Below, in pieces: positions 17,028 through 26,997 of a stretch of DNA of 30,295 bases (the stretch's first letter is position 1; the number at the start of each line of letters is the position of its first letter). The stretch is taken from NCBI GenBank assembly GCA_030672345.1, contig DAOVGO010000037.1, positions 1 to 30,295 of the forward strand. The letters run 5' to 3'. The translations under genes were made by a program, and so were the position numbers. Origin of the DNA: Methanosarcinales archaeon. Lineage in GTDB: Archaea > Halobacteriota > Methanosarcinia > Methanosarcinales > Methanogasteraceae. The notes below the pieces were generated by a model. The model was given only the letters and a program-made list of their open reading frames with translations. It had not been told where the DNA came from and did no database searches.

Positions 17028-18155
17028 TTATTTTTTCGTCCGGTTAGCTGCCCATGTCCTGACATCGCTGCCAGCGAGTATCCCTGTTATAGAACAGATA
17101 TCGGCATCGGTCTTGAACGCTGTCCCTGAGAAATGCGTTCTTGATGCTTCAAATCCCGCATCCCTGAGTAGATCGATGAACCCATCGATCTTCACCGGCG
17201 AAATCCCGACTGCGCGGCAGATTCGATGATGATCATAGAATGTCGGGACATCGATCTCGTTTTTACAGGTGTCAACGAGTTTGATCGCCTGTTTATCCGA
17301 TTCCCGATCGATCAGCTCGGAAAGGACCGATTCACAGAATGCCTGGTCGTACAGACGCCCGAGCCACATCGGACCAGACGCCTGCATCCGGTGCCCGCAT
17401 ATCTGGCACCGATCAGGGATAAGGGGCGCAAGACTGGCTATCGGGTCCCTGAAACCGCAGTTATGGCAGTGAGCTATGAAACCAAGTTCTTTCATCGACT
17501 TATCAGCAGAAGAAACGCCTTTCAATACTCTTGTATACACACGGACATAGTGCCGCCTTGCATAAGCGAGGAGCGGGACCATCCCTCTGTCCCACACCGC
17601 GAGCGCCCGTGCGATCGCGCCCATCAGCACCCGAACCCCGGTCTCGGCATGATACTCGTTATTCACCGGCACACACGCGTATTTGCGGATTCCTGCATTC
17701 AGATGCGCCCCGCAGAGCGGCGCAGTGTCGGTTGCGGTTATGCAGAGCATCTTTCTGGCTGATCTCGATGCAGCGGCAAGGAATGGTGCAGGCGATCCAA
17801 ACGGGTCGATATCAACGACATCGAACCGTCTCTGGTGGAGCAGGACATTTGCATCCTCGTTTGTGACAACGCAGGACGATTGAAGCCCGTTTAAAACGAT
17901 ATTTTGCCGGATCAGGTAGGCGGCATCCGGATCCCGGTCGTTGAGTGTTGTTGCAAGTCCGAGTTCTGATGCGGCACGCAAGCCCCGGATGCCGGTTGCA
18001 GCGAACGTGTCGAGGTATGATTCGATGGGATCTACCGTGCCGCCGAATGCTGCGAGAGACGCGATCGTGAGATCGCGGTCAGGGGTTGTGTGCGGGTTGT
18101 AGAACGCTTCTCCGAGTTCTACTGTGGTGCCGTGTTCGGTGATCTGGGCTGCCAT
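17028..18155 (-). CDS. trm1: tRNA (guanine-26-N2)-dimethyltransferase
   Basis: Motifs FYNP...DRD, ATGIRGLR, DIDPFGSP, ITATDTAPLCG, Cys-rich CHNC/CQIC and GPMWLG. Confidence 0.95.
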   Translation of the reverse strand: MAAQITEHGTTVELGEAFYNPHTTPDRDLTIASLAAFGGTVDPIESYLDTFAATGIRGLRAASELGLATTLNDRDPDAAYLIRQNIVLNGLQSSCVVTNEDANVLLHQRRFDVVDIDPFGSPAPFLAAASRSARKMLCITATDTAPLCGAHLNAGIRKYACVPVNNEYHAETGVRVLMGAIARALAVWDRGMVPLLAYARRHYVRVYTRVLKGVSSADKSMKELGFIAHCHNCGFRDPIASLAPLIPDRCQICGHRMQASGPMWLGRLYDQAFCESVLSELIDRESDKQAIKLVDTCKNEIDVPTFYDHHRICRAVGISPVKIDGFIDLLRDAGFEASRTHFSGTAFKTDADICSITGILAGSDVRTWAANRTKK

Positions 18156-18379
18156 TATTCCTTCAATACCGCTGTGTGTCTTCCACCGATATAGAAATTA
18201 TGCTTTAGTTTGAATAAGATCTTTTTCTGATCGGGCGTCAGTTCGACGTACATGGTACATTGATGTTCCGTTTAAAGTATGTATAGCCTTCTGTGCGAAA
18301 GGTTTAAATATACATTATCATAAACATCATCAACGTCATCAATATCATCATCACCATATCAGGAGAATTCACACACAAC

Positions 18380-18721
18380 ATGGCATTAAAACACATCTTC
18401 GGAGAAACCCCAGTAATAAAAATACTGGATTTTCTGATAGACCACAAGGGATACGACTACTCCAAAACCGAGATCGCAGAACACGCGGGCATCGGCTGGA
18501 CTACGATAAACCGTCACTGGGGAAACCTGGAGGACTGGAATCTCGTAACTCCCACCAGAAAGATCGGACGGGCAACGCTGTATAAATTAAACGAGGAAAA
18601 CCCGATCGTTTCACAGTTACTCGAGTTTGATGAGGTTGCCGCAACCTATATGTCAGAACGCATTGCAGAGCAAGAACTTCGTGCGACCGTTGCAACGCCT
18701 GTGCCGGCAGCCGCCCATTAA
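18380..18721 (+). CDS. Winged-helix transcriptional regulator
   Basis: Reads KILDFLI...YSKTEIAEHAGIGWTT...TRKIGRATLYKLN. A TATA-like GGTTTAAATA lies at ~18301. Confidence 0.8.
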   Translation: MALKHIFGETPVIKILDFLIDHKGYDYSKTEIAEHAGIGWTTINRHWGNLEDWNLVTPTRKIGRATLYKLNEENPIVSQLLEFDEVAATYMSERIAEQELRATVATPVPAAAH

Positions 18722-18787
18722 GCCTGCCTGAATCACGGTCATGTCATGGTCCTTGCGCAATCACAACTAATCACAATTCCGCGCGCC

Positions 18788-19939
18788 TCAACTCGTGTAT
18801 TCCGCATTGATCCGCACATATTCGCAGGTCAGATCGCAGCCCCACGCGACCGCCCCGCCCGCACCAAGCCCCAGATCCACAGCGATCCTGATATCCTTTC
18901 CGCTCATCTCCACAACAGCACCATCGATGATCCTGCCGCAATCCACAACCATAACGCCGCAGAGCGTAAGCGATATCAAGTCGGGATCGATATCGGCACC
19001 GGAATATCCCACAGCAGCGATCACCCGCCCCCAGTTCGGATCGCCGCCATGAACCGCAGTTTTAACAAGTGGCGACTGAACAATCGCTTTCGCTGTCTTT
19101 TTCGCATCCTCCTCGGTCTCTGCCCCGGTAACCCTCGCCTCGATGAATTTTTCTGCGCCTTCGCCATCGCGGGCGATCATCTTCGCAAGTTCAGTGCATA
19201 CGTAATCGAGCCCCTCCTGAAATACATTTTCGTCCAGTCCATCCTCTTCAGCGGCAGCTGTCGCTGTCAGAAGCACCATGTCGTTGGTGCTGGTATCGCC
19301 ATCCACCACAATCATGTTGAAACTACGATCTACCGCATGTTTCAGGCACGAATCAAGCGTTTCATGCAGCAGATCGGCGTCGGTGTAGACGAACGCAAGC
19401 ATCGTTGCCATATTCGGGCAAATCATGCCTGATCCCTTCGCGATGCCACCGATTCTCACGCCTGACGACAATTCAACTGCGAACTCCTTCGAACAGGTGT
19501 CCGTTGTCATGATAGCCAGAGCTGCTGCCGCGCTTCCCTCCTGAGCATCGGATAATCCCGCGATCACAGAATCGATCCGGTTTTCGATCCAATCCATGTC
19601 AAGAGGCGCACCGATGACGCCTGTCGATGCAACGCCGATCGAATCGACAGTAACCTCGAACCTGTCTGCAACCATCTCTGCTGTGCGGGCGGCATCTGCA
19701 AGCCCACGCGTTCCTGTGAACGCATTTGCGCATCCACTGTTTGCAACGACCGCAGACAGCCGATGACCCGCGAGATGCTCTCTGGTGATGACAAGTGGCG
19801 CTGCAATGATCTTGTTTTTCGTAAAAACCCCGGCAGATTCCCCTTCGCCCGTGATCATGGCAAGTCCGTCCCTCCCTTCCTTGATTCCATGAGCACGCAC
19901 GCCGCGAACAGCGCACACGCCGCCGGGTATTTCCTTCAT
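18788..19939 (-). CDS. argJ: Glutamate N-acetyltransferase / ornithine acetyltransferase
   Basis: Motifs [46 protein letters not shown] and DPNWGR. Confidence 0.97.
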   Translation of the reverse strand: MKEIPGGVCAVRGVRAHGIKEGRDGLAMITGEGESAGVFTKNKIIAAPLVITREHLAGHRLSAVVANSGCANAFTGTRGLADAARTAEMVADRFEVTVDSIGVASTGVIGAPLDMDWIENRIDSVIAGLSDAQEGSAAAALAIMTTDTCSKEFAVELSSGVRIGGIAKGSGMICPNMATMLAFVYTDADLLHETLDSCLKHAVDRSFNMIVVDGDTSTNDMVLLTATAAAEEDGLDENVFQEGLDYVCTELAKMIARDGEGAEKFIEARVTGAETEEDAKKTAKAIVQSPLVKTAVHGGDPNWGRVIAAVGYSGADIDPDLISLTLCGVMVVDCGRIIDGAVVEMSGKDIRIAVDLGLGAGGAVAWGCDLTCEYVRINAEYTS

Positions 19940-19993
19940 CGATATATACTGTTGACCGCCCCCCTTTTATATCCATGCATCGCATTATTAGAT

Positions 19994-20851
19994 ATGGACC
20001 TGCTGACACTCTGCACCGACATCTCTGCCGCAATCACCAATGCGATTGAACCCGTCATCGGCACGCCAGAGTCAGGAATGGAACTGTACACCGGCGCAGA
20101 CGGCACTCCCACAAAAAAAATCGATGAAATAGCAGAGAATGCCGCAATCGACGTTTTGAAGGCTGATGGTCGGAAGATATTGCTTATAAGCGAAGAGTGT
20201 GGTGAAAAAGTTATTTTTGGAGACCGCGATAACCAAAATACTAAGGTCGGCGGGAGCGATATCGATTTCACGGTCGTCCTTGATCCGCTCGACGGGACGT
20301 TCAACGTGGTGGCTGGTATCCCGTTTTATTCAGTCTCCATCGCCATTGGCATGACCGATCTTACTGATATCTCACTCGGTTTCATTGAAAATTTGCATTC
20401 AGGTGATGTCTATCACGCAGAGGCTGGCAAGGGGGCATACTGCAATAAAAGGCGCATCAACGTGTCAGAAGTCAGTGAACTGCAAAAATTGAGCGTGACT
20501 GCTTATGCATACCGGACAGACTCGACAAAAGTGATCGAGCTCGGAAGAGTCGTGCGGAGAATCCGGGTTCTTGGCTGTTCGTCACTCGAACTTTGTTATG
20601 TTGCCTCCGGCGTTCTGGACGCCTTTGTCGACTTTCGCAGATACCTGCGGATCACCGATATCGCCGCAGGAAAGATTATCATCGAGGAATCCGGCGGCAG
20701 AGTCACCGATACCACCGGAATGCCGCTTACTGGCGAGCTTTCGATCACATCGAGGGTGAGTATGCTTGCGTCCAACGGGCAGGTTCATGGGCAGCTACTG
20801 GATCTGGTTGCAGACGATTTTGTGATTCACGATTCAAAGGTCAACGGTTAA
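19994..20851 (+). CDS. suhB: Bifunctional fructose-1,6-bisphosphatase / inositol monophosphatase
   Basis: Motifs GADG.PTK.ID, SEE, LDPLDGTFN and DIAAG. Start reassigned to ATG 19994. Confidence 0.9.
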   Translation: MDLLTLCTDISAAITNAIEPVIGTPESGMELYTGADGTPTKKIDEIAENAAIDVLKADGRKILLISEECGEKVIFGDRDNQNTKVGGSDIDFTVVLDPLDGTFNVVAGIPFYSVSIAIGMTDLTDISLGFIENLHSGDVYHAEAGKGAYCNKRRINVSEVSELQKLSVTAYAYRTDSTKVIELGRVVRRIRVLGCSSLELCYVASGVLDAFVDFRRYLRITDIAAGKIIIEESGGRVTDTTGMPLTGELSITSRVSMLASNGQVHGQLLDLVADDFVIHDSKVNG

Positions 20852-20855
20852 ATGT

Positions 20856-21749
20856 TCATGAAACCTGCGGAAAGATCTCTGCAAGCTCTCTTTTTAGAAA
20901 AGGATCCATTTCGGTGCAGTATCCGTGCCCTTCCTTCCGAACGGTGTGCAGCGATTTCGGACCGGCGATCTTCATATATGTCTGCTGTGCGCTATCATAC
21001 GGAACGATCGTGTCGTTCAAGGAATGGATCATCACAAACTTTCTCGGGCTGATTTCATTCAGATACGTGTCAGGATCGATCGATCTATAGAACCGAACCA
21101 TGTCGGAGTCTCGTATCTGCCCGGAGGCGACCGCAGCATCGATTCCGTAACCGCACGTACTGATCGCGATCACACCACACGCATCCCTGTCGATCGCCGA
21201 TGCGATGATCGCAAACCTGCCGCCGTTGCTCTCGCCAAGGTACAAAGTTCGGTCAGGATCGATTGCCGGCTGCTCTCGCAGGACTCCGGCGGCACAGAGC
21301 GCGTCATGCACCATCTTGTGCTGCGTCGGCTCTTCATCACGCAGAAACACGCCCAGATCACCCTCCATATCGATTCCGCCGAGATTGCGCTGATCGATTG
21401 CGATGCTCGCATAACCAAGACCGCACAGGTACTTTGCAAGCCCCTGCTCGCCCTCTTTGGTCACGGTCGCGCCTGGCAGCAGCACGATGCCTGGAACACG
21501 GTCTTCGGTATGTTCCGTATGTGGCACCCGCAAAAGCCCCTCGATATTTGCGCCCCTGCTCGTAAAGTTGACGCCATAGAGCGTATAATTATCCGCCGTT
21601 TCGAGCAGAGTTAACCGGAACACCGGTTCGCATTCCTGATATTTCAAAAATCCGTCATCGTTAACACTCCATTCCTGATCGGTAATGCATCCGGTGAGCA
21701 CGACTGCGATTGCCATGACGGTGATCCAAGTAGCAAACGATCGTTTCAT
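20856..21749 (-). CDS. Alpha/beta-hydrolase lipoprotein
   Basis: Lipobox LTGC; nucleophile elbow GESNGG; IHSLNDTIVP; GHG. Confidence 0.8.
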   Translation of the reverse strand: MKRSFATWITVMAIAVVLTGCITDQEWSVNDDGFLKYQECEPVFRLTLLETADNYTLYGVNFTSRGANIEGLLRVPHTEHTEDRVPGIVLLPGATVTKEGEQGLAKYLCGLGYASIAIDQRNLGGIDMEGDLGVFLRDEEPTQHKMVHDALCAAGVLREQPAIDPDRTLYLGESNGGRFAIIASAIDRDACGVIAISTCGYGIDAAVASGQIRDSDMVRFYRSIDPDTYLNEISPRKFVMIHSLNDTIVPYDSAQQTYMKIAGPKSLHTVRKEGHGYCTEMDPFLKRELAEIFPQVS

Positions 21750-21765
21750 ATCTCCTTATCTCCGC

Positions 21766-22593
21766 TCATTCATGGGCTGCCCCTGTCATCTCTGTCGTCT
21801 CTGTGGTCCCTGCTATTCTGGTTATCCTCGTTCCGGGTTCCCCGCCCGATAAGAACCCGGCGATCACATTTTCTTTGGAAGCGTTGAATATATATGAATT
21901 AATATCGATTTCGATCGCGAGCAGTTCAAGCACCTTGCCGAGCATCCCGCCGGTCACGTCGGTGCCTTCCGACCCCTGAATATGAGGTCGCACCGACTCG
22001 AAGTTCGCCCGCGTGATCAGCGGGACCACAGCCCCGTCCGCAAGCACGCCATCAACAGCGGTGCCAAGCCCGACGCGGGCGGCTTTCAATCTGACCACAA
22101 GATATGCCGCCAGTTGATCGCCAGAGATGATCGATGCGCCAGTCTTCCGGTCCATCACCACATCGCCGTGCAGCACAGGCACGATGCCGCGGGCAAGCAT
22201 CATCCCGATCTGAGCAGTCTCCATCTCCGCGATGCGTCCGTTTTCTGCTACCATGCAACCGAACGGATGCACAGCCGCTGCTGGGACTCCGTTTTCAACC
22301 AGTGCCTCGATTACAAGATCGTTTAGCGATGTTACAGCCCGGTGGATCTCGATTATCCCGAAATTGGTGAATCCGTCCGGCGAACCGTGTTCCTTTGCCT
22401 GCGGATGCCCGAACGAGCCTGCACCATGAATAAGGATTAGCGGACCGTCCACGCCAGCAGGTGGGGTGGAAGTGATGAATGATGTGATCTCGCGGGCGCA
22501 TCTGCTGATCGCGGCTGGCTTTGGTGTGGGCGTGTCGGTTTTCTCTGTGAGGACGCTGCCTCCGAGTTTGAGGATGGTCGGTGATGCAGTCAT
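21766..22593 (-). CDS. ipk: Isopentenyl phosphate kinase
   Basis: Motifs LKLGGSVLT, IHGAGSFGHPQA, LHGDVV, SGD and DVTGGMLGK. Confidence 0.93.
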   Translation of the reverse strand: MTASPTILKLGGSVLTEKTDTPTPKPAAISRCAREITSFITSTPPAGVDGPLILIHGAGSFGHPQAKEHGSPDGFTNFGIIEIHRAVTSLNDLVIEALVENGVPAAAVHPFGCMVAENGRIAEMETAQIGMMLARGIVPVLHGDVVMDRKTGASIISGDQLAAYLVVRLKAARVGLGTAVDGVLADGAVVPLITRANFESVRPHIQGSEGTDVTGGMLGKVLELLAIEIDINSYIFNASKENVIAGFLSGGEPGTRITRIAGTTETTEMTGAAHE

Positions 22594-22616
22594 TGTATGG
22601 TGTTTTGATGAGGGGG

Positions 22617-23696
22617 CTATTGAAATTTGTTTTCTCTACCTGCCGCCTTTACGTTTGCACCTGTTCCTGAACCGGCAGTCAATGCCCCCCCAATCTCCTC
22701 AAACCCCTCAAACCCACTTGATCGCAGAATCCGCCGATCTCTGGTGATGATCAGCCCCTCGACACCGTCCAGACGCTCGATCAGTTCCATGCCCTCATTC
22801 TCGCCGAGCACGAAGACCGCGGTTGCCAGCGCATCGGCATCGGTTGCGTTTCTGGCAATGATGGTTACGCTCATCAGTTCCCGGGCAGCATACCCGGTCT
22901 TCGGATCGATGATGTGTGATGCCCGCGCCTCTTCGCTGAAATACCGCTCATAATTCCCGCTGGTTGCAACAGACCGATCTTCGAGGTTCATAATGGTAAT
23001 ATACTCGGTTTTGTTACTTGGATTTCGCAGAGCGACCCTCCACGGATCATCTTCTCTCTTGAAACCCATCGTCCGGATATCGCCGCCGGCATTCACGAGC
23101 GCGTGGCAGATATTGTGCTCTCTTAACACCTCGATTGCCCGATCGACGGCATATCCTTTCGCAACTCCGCCAAGCGTTATTCTCATCGATTGATGGCTGA
23201 AATACACGCTGTTATTTTCAATTGATATGTTTTTATAATTCACGAGTTTCAGCGTTTCATTGATCTCGTCACTGGTTGGCGGCGATCCTGCCCGTATCCT
23301 GGTCGTCCACAGGTTTATGACCGGTAAAATAGTGATATCGAACGATCCGTTGCTAAGTTCCGAGTATTCGCAGGATTTATCGATGATGTAGCATAATTCC
23401 GGGGACGTGTTCACGAGAAATCCGTTTTCATTCAATCTTGCGACCTCGCTGGCATCTGCGGCGATGTCCTCTGCGGTATGGCTCATCAGATGCTCGATTC
23501 CGTATATCTCTGCAAAAGCGCAATCGATAGCAGACTCTGCCTCGGACACATCCGGATGCATGACTGTAATGGTCACATCGGTATTCATCGCAACTCTTGT
23601 GCGCTCTATACGCTCGATATGAGGGGTGTCTGCGCATCCGGATACCAGTAGCGCGATTGAAAGAATTAAAAGAGCCAAAAGGATTTTTTTATCCAT
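22617..23696 (-). CDS. apbE: FAD:protein FMN transferase ApbE (lipoprotein)
   Basis: Lipobox VSGC; motifs FDITI.P, LGGVAKGYAVD, ATSGNYERY, HIIDPKTG and DALATA. Confidence 0.95.
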   Translation of the reverse strand: MDKKILLALLILSIALLVSGCADTPHIERIERTRVAMNTDVTITVMHPDVSEAESAIDCAFAEIYGIEHLMSHTAEDIAADASEVARLNENGFLVNTSPELCYIIDKSCEYSELSNGSFDITILPVINLWTTRIRAGSPPTSDEINETLKLVNYKNISIENNSVYFSHQSMRITLGGVAKGYAVDRAIEVLREHNICHALVNAGGDIRTMGFKREDDPWRVALRNPSNKTEYITIMNLEDRSVATSGNYERYFSEEARASHIIDPKTGYAARELMSVTIIARNATDADALATAVFVLGENEGMELIERLDGVEGLIITRDRRILRSSGFEGFEEIGGALTAGSGTGANVKAAGRENKFQ

Positions 23697-23697
23697 T

Positions 23698-24054
23698 TTA
23701 ATTCAGCATCAGTGTCCATGATATAAACCAGAGCATCATGGTCATGAAAGCGACATAAAACCAGTCCTTCCAGTTAAACTGGGTCAGATCCATCCCCATC
23801 TGCATGTAAATCGGTTTCTGTACGTAGAATGCCAGCAACAGCAGCAGATATGAAAAATTCTCAGGTCTTTCGGTCGTTGGATACAGGAAATAAAAGCATA
23901 TCATGCCAGATACTATACCAAGAGTGGACGAAACCACGGTCTTTATGATGCCGTCGATGTGCTTCTTCCGCCGGTCAGGTTTTTCTATGGCAGCTTCCGC
24001 ATCCTTTTTCGCAGCTTCTTTCACGATCCTTTTTTTGCTCATCGGATCAACCAT
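23698..24054 (-). CDS. Small archaeal membrane protein, EMC6-like
   Basis: Three hydrophobic helices ending KDWFYVAFMTMMLWFISWTLMLN. Start reassigned to 24054 or 24042. Confidence 0.6.
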   Translation of the reverse strand: MVDPMSKKRIVKEAAKKDAEAAIEKPDRRKKHIDGIIKTVVSSTLGIVSGMICFYFLYPTTERPENFSYLLLLLAFYVQKPIYMQMGMDLTQFNWKDWFYVAFMTMMLWFISWTLMLN

Positions 24055-24127
24055 GTCGTGATCCTGTATCAATGTTGTGGTCAAGCATATGCCGGCAAAG
24101 TATATGTCCTGCCCGCGGTAATGGTGT

Positions 24128-24712
24128 ATGATGCTGACCATAGAAGAGGGAACCATTGCAGTCAGACTGGCACGATCCGCAATCGCCGCCCGCCTTTCTG
24201 GAGAATCTATGGAAACCGGCGACCTGCCACGGATATTTGAGGAGAAGAGGGGTGTCTTTGTCACCCTGCACAAGAATCATGACCTCCGCGGTTGCATCGG
24301 CTATCCGGAACCCATAATGGCGCTTTCGGATGCGATCTCTGACTCTGCGGTGAGTGCTGCGTTGCGTGATCCCAGATTCCCGCCTGTCAGGTCTGATGAG
24401 ATTGCACATATCGTGATCGAGGTGACTGTGCTGACCCCGCCGGCTAAAATCGATGCAAGTCCGCGAGATCTGCCAAAACACATCAAAATTGGAAAACACG
24501 GGCTCATCGTCAAAAAAAGTCTATATCAGGGTTTATTGCTGCCGCAGGTGGCAGAAGAATGGGGTTTCGATGCCGAGGAGTTTCTCAGCCAGACCTGCAT
24601 CAAGGCAGGGCTACCTCCTGACGCGTGGCTCGCCGGCGCAGAGGTCTTCTCGTTCGAGGGGCAGATCTTTACAGAGACCGAGCCTGGCGGAGAGGTCGTG
24701 GAACGGACTTGA
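24128..24712 (+). CDS. AMMECR1-domain protein
   Basis: Motifs [32 protein letters not shown] and [11 protein letters not shown]. Confidence 0.93.
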   Translation: MMLTIEEGTIAVRLARSAIAARLSGESMETGDLPRIFEEKRGVFVTLHKNHDLRGCIGYPEPIMALSDAISDSAVSAALRDPRFPPVRSDEIAHIVIEVTVLTPPAKIDASPRDLPKHIKIGKHGLIVKKSLYQGLLLPQVAEEWGFDAEEFLSQTCIKAGLPPDAWLAGAEVFSFEGQIFTETEPGGEVVERT

Positions 24713-24757
24713 GCGGTAAAGTGGCGCCCAGACCACATTCCCTGCGGCTCATGGCAG

Positions 24758-26089
24758 CTACGCAGGGCGGTGCTCCAGTTCACGCAGAAAAACGCCTGCA
24801 GTCATGGTGTCGCCCATCCCAACCGTGGTTACCGGGCTTTCGCACCGGAGCGACGGTGCAACGCAGACTACGTAGCCGTTCAATTGCAGATGCACGCCGC
24901 TGCCGATCCGCTCTCCATGAAAACGCTCCTGCACCATCGAGCATTCACGAACCCCTGCATTGCTCGGCGGCAGATCCCTGATTGCGGCGTGTGCTGATGC
25001 GATATCGGCGTGTCCGGATATGGCGAGCGCACCAGACGCCGACGCGCCGAAGTTCAGTGAGTCAAGCTCGGATCGCGCATCCATGTATGCGGGATCAAAG
25101 ACGCTCACGATAAAATCTCTTGTGTGGATGCATAGTCTCGATATTCCGAGCTCGTCGATCGATTGAACCGACCTTTCGATGATGTTTCTCGCTGAAATAT
25201 CCGTATCATCCCCCAGAAACTCCTCTTCGTTCATGCCGATGCTGTCCACGATATCAGAGAGGCTGGAGATCATAAAATCGGTGATGCCGCTGTCAAAAAA
25301 GTCTCCCATTTCAAAATGAATCCGCAAATCCGGATTTACTGATTTCCAACGTTTCAAATGCTCAAGAATCGGCTGCAAACAGTCGATGTACGTGGATCCG
25401 TTAGGATATGTATCGCGAAGCAGATGGAAGCCTGAGATCAATGCCCCGTCCATTTCTTTGATGTGCGCAAGAGAATAATCCCGAAACGCGTCATCCAGGT
25501 ATAGAGAGCTGTTTTTAGGATCGTAGGTCGCTATGATACGGTTGTTGTTCGGCGCAATGATCGTTCTGCCGCAGAGTGTGACCCTATCTCCCTTCTTGAA
25601 ATCGAAGACGTGGTGCAGGGCGTCCTCCTCGCAGCTAACAGCGTCGTCCGGCTTTAACATGACGATCTTCTCATTCTTGTAAACCGGAATCCGTATCGTA
25701 TCTCCTGAGAAGAGATCAACCTGTCTTCTTGACGGACACGCCACATTCGGGATCGCCAGCGATGCTCCGAGATTGGACAGGACATTCGCAGCGATCCCCG
25801 CGTTTCCGCCCAGACGCAGCACCGGTTCTTTCTTCATCAGAGGCAAGAGCACAGGTTCAGGGATGGCATCAGGCGTCTCGACCAGAAACTCGCCCCCGTT
25901 TCCTCTCTCCATGCATCTTAGAAGAAGAGCGAGCAGATCGCCGATGCTGCTGATCCGGTTCGGCGGATCTTCGATCAGGCGCTCGATTTTAGCACCGAGA
26001 CTGTTTTTCTCGATGTACTCGGTGATCTTATCCCCGTTGATGGCACATACCGAGTCAATATTGACGTTGCAGCAGCAGAGCACCCTCAT
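24758..26089 (-). CDS. ADP-dependent glucokinase/phosphofructokinase family
   Basis: Motifs NVNIDSV, RLGGNAGIAAN, ISGFH, IHFE, SIGMNEEE, IHTRD and TTVGMGDT. Confidence 0.88.
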   Translation of the reverse strand: MRVLCCCNVNIDSVCAINGDKITEYIEKNSLGAKIERLIEDPPNRISSIGDLLALLLRCMERGNGGEFLVETPDAIPEPVLLPLMKKEPVLRLGGNAGIAANVLSNLGASLAIPNVACPSRRQVDLFSGDTIRIPVYKNEKIVMLKPDDAVSCEEDALHHVFDFKKGDRVTLCGRTIIAPNNNRIIATYDPKNSSLYLDDAFRDYSLAHIKEMDGALISGFHLLRDTYPNGSTYIDCLQPILEHLKRWKSVNPDLRIHFEMGDFFDSGITDFMISSLSDIVDSIGMNEEEFLGDDTDISARNIIERSVQSIDELGISRLCIHTRDFIVSVFDPAYMDARSELDSLNFGASASGALAISGHADIASAHAAIRDLPPSNAGVRECSMVQERFHGERIGSGVHLQLNGYVVCVAPSLRCESPVTTVGMGDTMTAGVFLRELEHRPA

Positions 26090-26577
26090 AGAGATACCCC
26101 ATCATCGAGGTCTATCATGCAGCCTGCACCCTGCCCGATCCCTTCGTCGATGCGCACCTCCAGTCTGCTGACATCAAGGTCGCTGGTTTCGATCATGCGG
26201 GCAAGTTCGCCTGCAACATAGATGCACAGGCTCTCGGCACTCGTTGAATCGATAGGAATAAAGGCGATATCCTCGATCGGGAGCTGGTATCTCTTCTCGC
26301 CGATATCGATGACCACACTGTCGTCATTCTTCGTGATGCGGATGCGAGGGTCGTTCTCTGCGACGATAACATGGTGATCGAGCCGGCTGCATATCTGTGC
26401 AATCATCTCCTTCAGCAGTTCAAAATCGATGATGAACTCTCCGGTTCGTGTCCCGTGCACCCGCACGTTCACCGCATACGTATGCCCGTGCAGCCTCCCG
26501 CACTTCGGATGATGCGGTATCAGGTGACATGCCGAGAATCTGAGTTTTGCCATCCAGCCATCAAGTTCAATCCACAA
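26086..26577 (-). CDS. queD: 6-carboxy-5,6,7,8-tetrahydropterin synthase (PTPS family)
   Basis: Motifs FSACH...CGRLHGHTY, LDH and STAE; TTG start after GGTGA. Confidence 0.85.
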   Translation of the reverse strand: MWIELDGWMAKLRFSACHLIPHHPKCGRLHGHTYAVNVRVHGTRTGEFIIDFELLKEMIAQICSRLDHHVIVAENDPRIRITKNDDSVVIDIGEKRYQLPIEDIAFIPIDSTSAESLCIYVAGELARMIETSDLDVSRLEVRIDEGIGQGAGCMIDLDDGVSL

Positions 26578-26628
26578 AACATCACCTTCGTGCTACTTAT
26601 ACTACTTATGGTATTCTAACGCGTGCGA

Positions 26629-26997
26629 TCAGGTCAGGATCTTCTTGATCTTCTCTGCTGCCTTGTCAAGTTCCACAAGAACAAGTCCAAGACCTGCATC
26701 GGGTGGTGTAAGCACCACAACCAGCGCCTTTGGTCCAGCCCCAACTGCAACCAGCTTTCCATCGTTCGATTCAACGATCAGCCGATCCGGTACCCCCCTT
26801 TCCAGCTCGGTGGACGCAGTTTCCGCAGCACCAAGCATCGTTGCGGACATGGCGGCGAATACCTCCTCATCGCCGTGTGACATGCGCGATGCTATGAGCA
26901 GTCCGTCCCGACTCGCAATCACACTTGATTCGATCTCTCCGGTGTTTATGAGATCTGATAAAACCTTGTCGAGCATTTCAGGTATATTCATGATCAC
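26629..26997 (-). CDS. Roadblock/LC7 (MglB-like) protein
   Basis: Reads SVIASRDGLLIAS...FAAMSATMLGAAETA..EL...LVAVGAG.KALVVV. Confidence 0.9.
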   Translation of the reverse strand: MIMNIPEMLDKVLSDLINTGEIESSVIASRDGLLIASRMSHGDEEVFAAMSATMLGAAETASTELERGVPDRLIVESNDGKLVAVGAGPKALVVVLTPPDAGLGLVLVELDKAAEKIKKILT

